Positions 8,855 to 18,642 of a DNA stretch of 64,000 nucleotides are shown piece by piece. The stretch comes from a virus, in IMG/VR virus record IMGVR_UViG_3300025941_000015, positions 41,627 to 105,626 of that record; one strand, given 5' to 3'. The notes beneath the pieces were generated by a model. It was not told the DNA's origin. It worked only from the letters and a program-made list of their open reading frames with translations, and did no database searches. A program made the translations under genes and the position numbers. The stretch's first letter is position 1. Each line of letters starts with the position of its first letter.

Positions 8855-10044
8855 CCACCTACACCGCCGTGAGGGTGTCCCTCACCGCCTTCGCCGTCAT
8901 GGACGGCAACGACATCGTCGCTGTGTGCGAGAACATGGCGACCGCCCGCAAGGTCTACGACGAGACGACCGAGATCTACGCCTCGATCCCCCGTCGGTTC
9001 AAGATCATCAAGGTTCCCTACATCAAGGACGAAGCATGACCACCACCTCCGACACCCTCCTCCTGCTCGACAAGGCCACGGCGTACTGGTACGCCTGCGG
9101 CTACAACGACCACCGCGATGGGGACATCGCCCCGTACTGCGATCCGCACGCGTTCGCTGAGCACTGGATCGCTCTGTGCGCCCGGCCCTCTCGCCCCAGC
9201 ATGCAGGACGCTTTCCAGCAGTTCGCATTCGGGGTGAAGTGCACCCGGTGCCACGGCAACGAGGTCATCACCGTCGGTGCCGACCGCCCGGACTACTGGG
9301 GCAACTACGACACCGAGGAGATCCCCTGCCCGGAGTGCCAGGGAGAGGTGGAGTGATGGACACGATCGACTACAACGCCATGCAGGAAGCTGCCATGCAC
9401 ATCATCAGCGCCCAGCGCTCGCTGCCCATCATCCACACCGTCACCATCACCCTCGACGGGGCGACCGGCGGCGCCCTGGTCACCATCGAGGGATTCACCT
9501 CCGATGAGCTGGACGAAACACTCACCCTCGAAAGGACCGTCCGATGACCACCCTCCCCGACCTCGACAACGACACGTTGAAGTACACGTTCAGGAAGCAA
9601 GACCCCACGTCGTACAAGATCGTGTACAACATCTGGCGCTCGATCAACGGCCGCCCCGAGCAGAAGATCGGCACCGTCGTCAAGACCCGCGATGGCGACT
9701 GGAGCCAGTCGGCGCACTGGGTGGCTGAGAGCAGCGACGGCGAACACCGGGGCAGTGGCGACACTCGACAGAGTGCCGTGCGCTCGCTGGAGAACCGGCT
9801 GCAAGGGCCGGAGTACACCGAGCGGAAGCTCCAGGCGTACCGCGACCAGCTTGCCGCCGAGGGCGCCAAGGCGGCCGCAGCCAAGGCGGCGGACGAGGAT
9901 CTGATCGACGCCCTCATGGCCCGCTGGCCAGCGATCGCCGAGCGGTTGCTCCCGCTCCGCGAGAACGCCGGTCGCTTCACCAGCTACGCCGTCACCACTC
10001 AGCAGGTCATCGACATGCTCAACGCTCTGGAGACTTCACGATGA
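8851..10044 (+). CDS. four coupled small genes: 8851-9039, 9036-9356 (DnaJ-type CxxC pairs), 9356-9547, 9544-10044
   Basis: ATGA/TGATG overlaps; CTRCHG...CPECQG in the second gene. Confidence 0.65.
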
Positions 10045-10055
10045 ATCTGACATCC

Positions 10056-10097
10056 GAGGTTGGCAACAGCGTTGCGGACGTGTACTCTGTTCACATG
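10056..10097 (+). promoter_or_regulatory. cassette promoter/operator
   Basis: gaggTTGGCAacagcgttgcggacgtgTACTCTgttcacATG. Confidence 0.85.
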
Positions 10098-10911
10098 ACC
10101 CCAACCACCATCTTCCAGTCCCTCTGGGACGCCCCGCTCTCCGCTCGTGGCTTCATGAGCATCTCGACCCACGACGAGGTCACCTTCAACGGCCTGCAGC
10201 ACGGCGAGCTGTCGATCATCGGCCTGCGCAACGTGGCGGGCCTGGGCACCACGCTCACGATCCACGAGAAGGGCAGCACGCACTGGACGGGCCGGGGCAT
10301 GAAGCCCTCCTACAACGGCGCCTCGATCATCACGATCCTCATCTCGGACGACCTCTGGGCGGGCGGCACCTCGCGTCGCTACATCGAGCTGTCCCGTGCG
10401 ATCTCCGCCTCGACCAGCGTCACCGAGCGCGACTCGCTCAACGCCCTCCACGTCGGGATGCTGCGATGAGCCCCGAGCTGACCAACGCCCTGGTCGCTGC
10501 ACACCGCTCTGCGCAGCTCGCTGCCAGCAACGCTCGTGAAGCCCTGAGCTACGCACAGACGGCCCTCAGGAAGGCCCAGGAGGCCGCTGACGAGGCGGAC
10601 CTCGCCGCTGCGCACATCGCCGGTGCCTTCAAGATCGTTGAGCAGGACGCACGATGAGCGCCCGCCCGAAGCTCGTGCCCGGCCACACGTACCGGTTCAC
10701 GTTCACGCCGACCGAGGCGCTCATCGCTGCGAGGCCGTACAACGTGACCCCCTACACCACCACCGTGACCATCAGCACGACGCCCGGTGGCGTGCACACG
10801 CCCAAGTCGGTCACGATGTGGGCGAACCGCTGGTGCACCCGTGGCCGGTACACGGTCGAGATCGTCGAATTGGTCGAGGAATCTGCCTCCGAGGTTGTAA
10901 CGGCGTTGTGA
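10095..10911 (+). CDS. three coupled hypothetical genes: 10095-10469, 10466-10657, 10654-10911
   Basis: First starts at the motif ATG; ATGA overlaps. Confidence 0.65.
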
Positions 10912-10932
10912 GCCGTGTATCTTGATCACATG
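10891..10932 (+). promoter_or_regulatory. cassette promoter/operator
   Basis: gaggTTGTAAcggcgttgtgagccgtgTATCTTgatcacATG. Confidence 0.85.
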
Positions 10933-11271
10933 ACCGCAACCACCACCACCGCACCCGCCACCTACGCCAAGGCCGCCGCCGTCGCCGAGCAGATCACGCT
11001 CGCCGAACTGGCCGAACTGCTCGCCGCCGACGACAACCCGGACGTCTACCCCGGCAAGGGCAAGCGCAAGCAGATCGCCATGAACGCCCGCCTGCGGGTG
11101 AACACGCTCGACACGGGCGCCACCCGCGGCTGGGTCGGCTACGACCGCTGCACCTTCGGCACCGGCTACACGACCTTCGACGGCGTCACGGTCGGCTACC
11201 GCTACGACCGGCCCGTGTTCCGCTTCGAGCGCCACGGCGTCCGCATCGTGCAGGTCGTGGTCCCGTCATGA
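10930..11271 (+). CDS. hypothetical protein (leaderless)
   Basis: MTATTTT start at motif; followed by coupled 11268-11450. Confidence 0.7.
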   Translation: MTATTTTAPATYAKAAAVAEQITLAELAELLAADDNPDVYPGKGKRKQIAMNARLRVNTLDTGATRGWVGYDRCTFGTGYTTFDGVTVGYRYDRPVFRFERHGVRIVQVVVPS

Positions 11272-11464
11272 GCAGCAAGAGCACGGCCGCCCGTCGGGCA
11301 TCGCAGGCCCGGTCGAACTACGCCGCCATGAAGCGGGCGTCCGACCAGGGCAAGAAGCAACTGGCGTGCCCCCACGAGGTCGTCAACCCCGTTGAGGGGT
11401 TCGAGGGCATGATCCAGTGCGCCGCCTGTGGCGCCTACGGACCTTTCTGAGGAATCACCTCATC

Positions 11465-11505
11465 GACGTTGCAACGACGTTGAAACGGTGTACACTGGCC
11501 ACATG
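11465..11505 (+). promoter_or_regulatory. cassette promoter/operator
   Basis: gacgTTGCAAcgacgttgaaacggtgTACACTggccacATG. Confidence 0.85.
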
Positions 11506-11832
11506 ACAAACACCACCATCACCTCCGCCTGGAACTGCAACGACACGACCAGGACCGCCTCCGTCCTCACGGCCGAGCAGGCCGCTGCTGCGGGCATCCT
11601 GCTCGCCGACGACGACGAGTTCGTCATGAACCTCCGCTCCTGGGACGTCGACGCCCCGTTCTTCATCATCGGCCGCTTCACCGGCCGCACGCGTCGCATG
11701 TGGCAGGAGACGTGCCGCACGATCGAGACCTTCGATGTCGAGACCGTCGCCATCGAGGACGACCGCGACGGGACGTTCGCCATCTGGGGCGTCAGCGGCG
11801 CACGGCGCAAGGGCACCTGGGCCTGCCGCTGA
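11503..11832 (+). CDS. hypothetical protein (leaderless)
   Basis: MTNTTIT start at motif. Confidence 0.7.
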   Translation: MTNTTITSAWNCNDTTRTASVLTAEQAAAAGILLADDDEFVMNLRSWDVDAPFFIIGRFTGRTRRMWQETCRTIETFDVETVAIEDDRDGTFAIWGVSGARRKGTWACR

Positions 11833-11835
11833 TCT

Positions 11836-11906
11836 GCGCAGGTCGCTCCGGGCGGGGCGACCGTGCGCGTGCCGGGGAGACGGGTAGACGGGACCGTCTC
11901 CCCGGC
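11836..11906 (+). terminator. tandem GC-rich hairpins
   Basis: gccggggagacgg (11871-11883) / ccgtctccccggc (11894-11906) plus an upstream ggtcgc...gcgacc stem. Confidence 0.55.
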
Positions 11907-11935
11907 GACAACATCGTACGAAGAATCCTCCCTCT

Positions 11936-11976
11936 GACGTTGGAACAGCGTTGAAGACGTGTACACTGATCACATG
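11936..11976 (+). promoter_or_regulatory. cassette promoter/operator
   Basis: gacgTTGGAAcagcgttgaagacgtgTACACTgatcacATG. Confidence 0.85.
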
Positions 11977-12467
11977 ACCGCAACCACACTCTCCACCACA
12001 TTCGGCCCCGTCAAGACGGGCTCGACCGCCGCCTTCATCGCTGTTGTCAAGGCCGAGCGCCTGTGCCGCATCGGCACGACGTCCGTCGAGGGCACCAAGG
12101 TGCTCTGGCGTGCCGAGACCAGCCAAGCGCTGGAGACGCGCCTGCGCCGGGCTGGCCTGGGCCGCTCGTCCGAGTCCGGCCTGTGGTTCATGCGTGGCCG
12201 CTCCTCGTTCGCCGAGGGCGCCATCGTCCCCGGCGAGCTGATCGCCACGGTCGAGATCGTCGAGGTGGCCAAGTGAGCCGCCGCATCTTCCCCACGTTCG
12301 AGGCGTTCGTCCAGTACCACCCGATGTACCTCCAGAACCGGTACGGCGGCAAGTGCTTCGAGTGCGGGCAGTTCGTCCCACAGTTCAAGGGCAGCGTGGT
12401 CAAGGTGCACGGGAAGCACCGCATCGCCCACCTCCCGGTCGAGGGCCATTGCGAGGGTGCGAAGTGA
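11974..12467 (+). CDS. two hypothetical genes: 11974-12276 and 12273-12467 (CFEC)
   Basis: Motif start; GTGA overlap. Confidence 0.65.
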
Positions 12468-12479
12468 TTCTTCCACACC

Positions 12480-12520
12480 GAGGTTGCAATGCCGTTGAAG
12501 ACGTGTACACTGACCACATG
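12480..12520 (+). promoter_or_regulatory. cassette promoter/operator
   Basis: gaggTTGCAAtgccgttgaagacgtgTACACTgaccacATG. Confidence 0.85.
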
Positions 12521-13282
12521 ACAAACACCACCACCAACACCGCCCCGAACGCCCACCAAGCCGAAGTCGACGGCCGCATCGCCGAGGCGAGCGTCGCCTA
12601 CGCCAAGGCCGCCCAGAACGCCGCCTGGTGGGAGAAGCACACCACGTCCGCCTACGACGGCGAAGCCAAGCTCGCCGAGGCCGTCGCCAAGCGCGACGAC
12701 ACCCTGGCCGCCCTCTCCGCGGTCGAGGCCGAGTTCGAGGGCTGGAGCCGCTTCTTCCTCGTGCAGGCCAGCAACGGCCACATCCACAAGAGCCTGTGGT
12801 GCTCGACGTGCTTCCCCACGACGCAGTACGCCTGGCTCCCGGCCCTGTCCGGCCTGACCGAGGCCGAGGCCGTCGCCGAGTACGGCGGCATCCTCTGCTC
12901 GATCTGCTTCCCCTCCGCCCCGGTCGAGTGGACGACGGGCACGAACAAGAAGGACGCCGAGCGCAAGGCCGCTGAGGCCGCCTTGAAGGCGATCGCCAAG
13001 ACGCCCGAGGGCAAGGCCGTCATCCGCAAGCGCGACCTCGTGCGCAGCCACCAGTACGCGATCGACTCGTTCGACCGCACGATCGCACGGCCCGCCGAGA
13101 CGATCGCATTCGCCGCCAGCCGGGGCATCACGGTCACGCTCGACGACGAGCGCGTCGCCAAGGAAGTGCAGTGGGCCAACGAGGCCCAGGCCAAGCGCGA
13201 GCCCGTCGTCAAGAAGCTGGCCAAGGCCCAGGCGCAGCTCGACGTCGCCGAGGCGGCGCTGAACGCCGCTCTGGGGATCTGA
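12518..13282 (+). CDS. Zn-binding phage protein with coiled-coil C-terminus
   Basis: GHIH...CSTC...LCSICFPSAPVEW. Confidence 0.75.
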   Translation: MTNTTTNTAPNAHQAEVDGRIAEASVAYAKAAQNAAWWEKHTTSAYDGEAKLAEAVAKRDDTLAALSAVEAEFEGWSRFFLVQASNGHIHKSLWCSTCFPTTQYAWLPALSGLTEAEAVAEYGGILCSICFPSAPVEWTTGTNKKDAERKAAEAALKAIAKTPEGKAVIRKRDLVRSHQYAIDSFDRTIARPAETIAFAASRGITVTLDDERVAKEVQWANEAQAKREPVVKKLAKAQAQLDVAEAALNAALGI

Positions 13283-13290
13283 TCAGGAAT

Positions 13291-13340
13291 CACCTCCACG
13301 ACGTTGCAACGGCGTTGTGGAGGTGTACACTGATCACATG
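13291..13340 (+). promoter_or_regulatory. cassette promoter within a 13-bp inverted repeat
   Basis: cacctccacgacg-TTGCAAcgg-cgttgtggaggtg-TACACTgatcacATG. Confidence 0.85.
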
Positions 13341-13562
13341 ACTGCAACCACCACCTCCGTTTCCACCCTCGCCGCAGGCGCCGTCATGGGCGCCGCGGCC
13401 CGCTGCTTCGCCGTTGGCGACACGGGCCCCAAGAAGGGCCACCGCATCATCGCTGAGATGCGCGGCGAGCGCGTCGGAGCCGAGGCCGAATGGTTCGCCC
13501 TGTGCGGCGTGCTCGCGCTCGTCCGCTTCGTCAAGGTCTCGGGCATCACTGAGATCTTCTGA
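13338..13562 (+). CDS. small hypothetical protein (leaderless)
   Basis: MTATTTS start at motif. Confidence 0.65.
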   Translation: MTATTTSVSTLAAGAVMGAAARCFAVGDTGPKKGHRIIAEMRGERVGAEAEWFALCGVLALVRFVKVSGITEIF

Positions 13563-13567
13563 GGAAT

Positions 13568-13617
13568 CACCGTCGCAACGTTGCAACAGCGTTGCGACGG
13601 TGTACACTGTTCACATG
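13568..13617 (+). promoter_or_regulatory. cassette promoter within a perfect 13-bp inverted repeat
   Basis: caccgtcgcaacg-TTGCAAcag-cgttgcgacggtg-TACACTgttcacATG. Confidence 0.85.
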
Positions 13618-14698
13618 ACACAAACCACCACCATCGCATCCGCCTCCGCCTACGACACCCCGCACTGGCTGCGCAACGCCGGGCTCGACGTCGAGGGCAC
13701 GCACGAGGCATTCGTCGTGCTGTTCGACGACCTCGACCAGGCGCTCGCCTGCGTCAAGCTGGCCAGCGCCCAGGCGTTCGCCGCCTACGTGCGCCAGGGC
13801 GGCAACGCCCGCAACAAGCGTGCGTTCAGCGCCCAGTTCGCAGCCGTGACCAAGGCCCTCCGGGCCGCAGCCTGACCAACCACCACCAAGGAGAGAACCC
13901 CCACCACCATGAGCGCAGCTCGATACACCGTCATCGGAGCGTGGCACGACCACGACTCCACGTACTTCCCCTTCATCGTCCAGGCCGCCGACCTCTTCGA
14001 CAACCGCTCGAAGCAGCTCTACAGCAACGGCGCCATGCGCGTCGTCTTCGACGGCAAGCCCGCCGTGCGCGGCAAGGGCGGCACAACGCCCTTCAAGGGC
14101 GAGACCGCCTGGGCGCACGCTGAGAGCCTCGCACGCTCCCTGCAGGTCTCTGAGCGCTACGTGAGGACCGTCTGATGGCGCGCCTCCCGCTCGCCGAGCG
14201 CCTCGCCATGGTGCTCAACAGCCTGCCGAGCTACGCCGAGGTCGACGTCGTGTGCGTGCCCTACGAGGGTGCGCGCACCAACGAGTTCCGGCTGATGGCC
14301 CGAGACTTCCCCACGTACGACATCGAGCTGTCCCGCCGGTTCACGAACCTCACGACCGGCACCGAGTGGTTCGTCAAAGCTGAATCGCTCGCAGCGTTCG
14401 GCGTAGTCTCGGTGGAGATCCACCTCGACGACGTCAAGAACTGGAGCATCCAATGAGCAAAGGTCACGGCTTCCCCAGCGAGATGATCCACACGCACGCC
14501 TTCGAGCTGCAGGCACACCGCAAGAGCACCGCAGGACGGGCCCTGGTGCCGCTCACGCTGTTGAAGAGCAACGACCGGGCGGAAGTCGAGGCGGAGCACG
14601 CACGGCGCTCTGAGGTCAATTCACAGCTCCGCAACCCCAGCCGCCTCATCATCGTTGAGAACAAGCGGTGGCGAGATGATGGAGTTTCTGGCCCCTGA
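13615..14698 (+). CDS. four hypothetical genes: 13615-13875, 13909-14175, 14175-14456, 14453-14698
   Basis: Motif start, AAGGAG RBS, coupled stops and starts. Confidence 0.65.
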
Positions 14699-14738
14699 GG
14701 TTGGAACAGCGTTGTGCGTCGTGTATCTTGATCACATG
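14697..14738 (+). promoter_or_regulatory. cassette promoter/operator
   Basis: gaggTTGGAAcagcgttgtgcgtcgtgTATCTTgatcacATG. Confidence 0.85.
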
Positions 14739-15181
14739 ACCGCAACCACCACCTTCAAGATCACCGTCCCCGTCGCCCACGTCTGGGCCTCCGGCGCCAT
14801 GCGCGGCACGGGCGTCCGCATCGTCGAGATCGTCGAGGAGGCCACCATCCTGGGCGGCTGCCGGGCGATCGACGCCGCCGTCGCCCAGTGCAAGCACCCC
14901 CTCGCCGACGCCTCGCCCGAGATCGAGCCCAACCCCGCCCTCATGGGCTGGGCGCTGGGAGCGTGAGCGCCGTGACGACCCGTCGCCTCTGCCCCGGCCT
15001 CTACGAGGTCTCCACGCCCCAGGGCGTGTTCACGATCGACCGCATCACGAACGAGTACGGCGGCTCGACGTACACCGAGTGGTTCATCACGTGGCCAGGC
15101 GAGCGGAGCCCCGACGCCATCGGCATCACGCTGCGAGACGCCAAGATGATTGTGGCGGCAGAGGTTGGAACAGCGTTGTGA
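14736..15181 (+). CDS. two hypothetical genes: 14736-14966 and 14963-15181
   Basis: Motif start; GTGA overlap. Confidence 0.6.
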
Positions 15182-15201
15182 GCGTGTACACTGACCACAT
15201 G
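15161..15201 (+). promoter_or_regulatory. cassette promoter/operator
   Basis: gaggTTGGAAcagcgttgtgagcgtgTACACTgaccacATG. Confidence 0.85.
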
Positions 15202-15677
15202 ACAACGACCATGAGCTGCGACACCTGCTACGACACGAAGACCATCGACCAGGGCGGGCGCGAGATCCCCTGCCCGGACTGTGTCTTCCGGTATCACCCG
15301 TCGAGCGTGACGATCGAGACCAACCCGGACTACGACCCCAAGTCGACCTCGATGTTCAACGTCCGGTACATCATCCGCGACCGCTCGATGGGCAACTTCA
15401 TCTACGGGAAGGCCCGCAACATGGACGACGCCATCCGCATCCAGCGCAAGCGCCAGGGCGTGATCAAGGCGGCGCTCACCCGCCGGGCGAACAAGGCTGC
15501 GAGGGCCGCCAAGTGAGCACGCTCATCCACTACGGCAAGCCGCGCACGCGGTCGTTCCCGACCGACGTCGACATCTGGCTCCCCGAGGGCGCCATCGTCC
15601 TCCACACCGAGCGCCATCGCGCTGCCACGGTCATCACGTACCTCGTGCCGAGCGGGCGCACGTCGAGGCCCATCTGA
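15199..15677 (+). CDS. two genes: 15199-15516 (CDTC...CPDC) and 15513-15677
   Basis: Motif start; GTGA overlap. Confidence 0.6.
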
Positions 15678-15690
15678 GGAATCTCACAAC

Positions 15691-15732
15691 GGCGTTGCAA
15701 GAGCGTTGTGACCGTGTACACTGGTCACCATG
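15691..15732 (+). promoter_or_regulatory. cassette promoter/operator
   Basis: ggcgTTGCAAgagcgttgtgaccgtgTACACTggtcaccATG, with an extra CAACGGCGTTG overlapping upstream. Confidence 0.8.
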
Positions 15733-15852
15733 ACAGGCAACCAAGACCACGACCAAGACCGCCGCTTCCCGGCCATGACCGCCACCCGCTACGGCAGCAA
15801 CCACGACTGGTGCTACCGGGGCGACAACACCAAGTACAAGAACAAGAAGTGA
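15730..15852 (+). CDS. 40-aa leaderless peptide
   Basis: MTGNQDHDQDRRF...KYKNKK*, starts at the motif ATG; not in the ORF track. Confidence 0.5.
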   Translation: MTGNQDHDQDRRFPAMTATRYGSNHDWCYRGDNTKYKNKK

Positions 15853-15919
15853 GCCCCAGCGGCCACTGTCACACCCCCCAGTCACACTGAATCCCCTACC
15901 CAACGAAACCAGGAGAACC

Positions 15920-16303
15920 ATGACCACCACCATCAGCAACCCCGAGGTCCGCTCGACCGACCTCCTCGTGCACGAGCTGCTCGTGCAGCTCCGGGCCGCC
16001 GAGCGCGCCGAGGAGCGCGCCGACGCCATCAAGGCCGAGCTGGTCGAGCGCCTGGGCGACGGCGGCAAGGTTGAGACCCACGAGGCGAAGATCGCCATCG
16101 TGGCCAACAAGACCCAGGTCGTCGACATCGACGCCCTGCAGACCGTCGCCTCGAAGGGCTTCTTCTACAAGGTCACCAAGCGGGTCGTCGACAACACCGC
16201 CTTCAAGGCGTTCCTCGCCCTGGAGCAGGTGCCCCAGGACGTGCTCGACATCGTGACCACGAAGGTCAGCAAGCCCGCCGTCCGAGTCACGATCAAGAAG
16301 TGA
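15920..16303 (+). CDS. hypothetical protein (possibly Gam/Gp157-like)
   Basis: AGGAG RBS; helical N-terminus then beta-rich basic C-terminus. Confidence 0.65.
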   Translation: MTTTISNPEVRSTDLLVHELLVQLRAAERAEERADAIKAELVERLGDGGKVETHEAKIAIVANKTQVVDIDALQTVASKGFFYKVTKRVVDNTAFKAFLALEQVPQDVLDIVTTKVSKPAVRVTIKK

Positions 16304-16549
16304 TCCTCGACGACGGCCACCAGCACCACGTCGAGATCGAGCGTGAGAACCTCCCGCCCCGCTCGTGGTACCCACGCTGCGACTGCGGCTGGGAGGGGTT
16401 CGGCCAGGCGTCTCGACGTGACGCTGAGGACGACGGCGACGGCCACGTCCTCAGCTTCACCCGCTGATCGCCCGTCGACGTGAGGCCGGTCAGGTAGGTG
16501 GCGCCACTGACGACCGGCCACAGCGCCCGGTAAAGCCGGATCGGGTTGG

Positions 16550-16580
16550 GAGCGCCCTCTGCACACCGCAGGGGGCGCTC
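16550..16580 (+). terminator. hairpin
   Basis: gagcgccctctgc...gcagggggcgctc. Confidence 0.5.
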
Positions 16581-16597
16581 TCGCGTACGCTGGAGCC

Positions 16598-17365
16598 ATG
16601 GAGTCTCGATCGAGGAGCCGGGCGCCGTCGGGCGCCGACCCGCACCTCGCTGCGCGCCTGGGGCGCCAGCAGGAGAACCGTGATCGCATCATCGGTGCGG
16701 GCGCCGGTCGCGAGCGCGTGCTGGGCAATCGAGCTGCGCTCTTCGAGGCCGGTGAGATCGACTTCGACCCGCACACGCTGTCGATGGAGTCGCTGGGCAT
16801 CCGCAACGTCGAGCGCGACGTGCTGCACAACCGTGTCGAGAACAAGGTGCCGTACGGGCCGCACGATGCGTCGGTGTTCCGCAAGGCTGGTGAGGTGCGA
16901 GAGGTGCCCCTGACGGGCCCTGACGCCGTCACAACGATGCAGAGCCACGTGAGCCCCGCACGTGTCGCTGAGATCGTCAGAGACCCGCACAGCGGCTCTG
17001 ATCCACGCTTCCGAGGCACGCCTGCAGCCGAGATGCCACTGGTCGTCGAGCACATGACGCGCCACCCGGAGACGGGCGCCTGGGGCCGCACGAACGTGGT
17101 CTACAACGGCAACCACCGCATCGTCGCGGCCCTGCAGCAGGGGCAGACCTCGATCCCCGCTCGTGTCATCACGAGGGAGCAGCGCGAGTCTGCGTCCGAC
17201 GTGTTCCGGCGAGACAGGACGCGCTTCAAGGACTCACGAGAGCAGCGCCTCGATGTCGGCAGCACCCGCCTGGTGATGGGCGATCCCACGATCAAGAGGG
17301 GCATGGGCGCTGGCATCTGGGACGAGGTCGCCAAGCAGGACATCGAGAACTACGGGAATACCTAG
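16598..17365 (+). CDS. ParB/Srx-like domain protein
   Basis: PLVVEH...VVYNGNHRIVAALQQGQTSIPARVI; TACGCT -10 six nt upstream. Confidence 0.7.
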   Translation: MESRSRSRAPSGADPHLAARLGRQQENRDRIIGAGAGRERVLGNRAALFEAGEIDFDPHTLSMESLGIRNVERDVLHNRVENKVPYGPHDASVFRKAGEVREVPLTGPDAVTTMQSHVSPARVAEIVRDPHSGSDPRFRGTPAAEMPLVVEHMTRHPETGAWGRTNVVYNGNHRIVAALQQGQTSIPARVITREQRESASDVFRRDRTRFKDSREQRLDVGSTRLVMGDPTIKRGMGAGIWDEVAKQDIENYGNT

Positions 17366-17370
17366 CCCGG

Positions 17371-17411
17371 CAGGTTGCAACTGCGTTGTGGTCGTGTACA
17401 CTGGCCACATG
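17371..17411 (+). promoter_or_regulatory. cassette promoter/operator
   Basis: caggTTGCAActgcgttgtggtcgtgTACACTggccacATG. Confidence 0.85.
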
Positions 17412-18570
17412 ACCTACCACACCACCACCCCCGCCAACTACACCCCCGTCCTTGGCTCCGTTGTCCCCGGACCCTGGAACTCGAAGTACGCCGTCTCGGA
17501 GCACACGCTCGCCGTGAACCTCGCCAGCACCGCTGCGATCGAGGACGACGACCACACGGTCGTCCGGGCGATCGACGACGCCGTCGCCGTGTTCGAGGAC
17601 GACGACCTCATCAACGACGGCTCGATCCGAGGCTTCTGGGCCTGGGTCTGGAGCGGGCTCGACCGCGGCACGCAGCGTGACGTCGCCAAGCGCGCCGAGG
17701 CGCTCCTCGAAGCGCACCGCGCTGGCGGGTACGGCAGCAAGGCCGACCTCTTCGAGATGTTCGACGGCCAGCGGTGAGCGCGCTCACTGGCAAGGCGCTC
17801 GTCGAGCACCGCCGGGACCGCCTCGCCGACCTCGTCGAGATGCGGGCCCGGCAGGCCGCCGAGCTGGCCGAGACCGATGAGGCGATCGCCGAGTGCATCG
17901 CCTCGATCCTCGACGCAGCCTCCGAGGAGCTGTCATGAACCAGAGTCACGAGGATTGGCTCAACGCCGCCGGAGACCCGGCCGCCACGCACGCCCTGATC
18001 AACCAGGCGGGCTCGTACGAGAACGGCCCGCACCAGCTCCCCCACACCACGCTGATCGCCGGGCTGATGTACGGGGCAGGCGCCCTCTACGTGCCGAAGG
18101 GCCGTGCGCAGTTGTGGTACGCCCTCGTCGTCCCGCTGTTCATCGCCGGGTGCCACTTCCTCCGCGACGGGGGCCGCACCCCGGCCTCTGAGTCATCGTG
18201 GTGGTGGTACGGCGAGTTCCACCAGACCCCGCTCTCGCTGTTCTTCTTCGCCCTGTCGATCGCCAGCGTGTTCCTGCTGAACGCCGAGGTGAACCGGCAC
18301 AAGCGTGCCCGGTACTACGCCGCGGCCGCTGCCGCTCAGCTCGACGCAGACACCGCCTGGATCGCTCAGGGCGGGCGCACGGTCGTCGAGGCGACGGTTC
18401 GCTCTCACAACGACGTTGAGCCCTCACAGGGCCACACAGCGCCTCTCCCGACGTTGTGGCTGCCGAGCAGCCCCGAGCGCCGGGTGCGCCGTGGCGGCAC
18501 GACGCTCAACGGCACACCGATCAAGGATCGCCGATCGGTCAACCCCGAGACACTCTTCGACGAGTACTGA
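17409..18570 (+). CDS. three genes: 17409-17777, 17774-17938, 17935-18570 (membrane protein, about 3 TM)
   Basis: Motif start, coupled overlaps, hydrophobic segments. Confidence 0.65.
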
Positions 18571-18577
18571 CAACCCA

Positions 18578-18608
18578 TGGTTGCAACAGCGTTGTGACCG
18601 TGTACACT
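18578..18608 (+). promoter_or_regulatory. cassette promoter, leadered variant
   Basis: ggTTGCAAcagcgttgtgaccgtgTACACT, then GGAG RBS and ATG 18643. Confidence 0.8.
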
Positions 18609-18642
18609 GCACACCGACCCCTACCCACTGGAGAACGCCACC

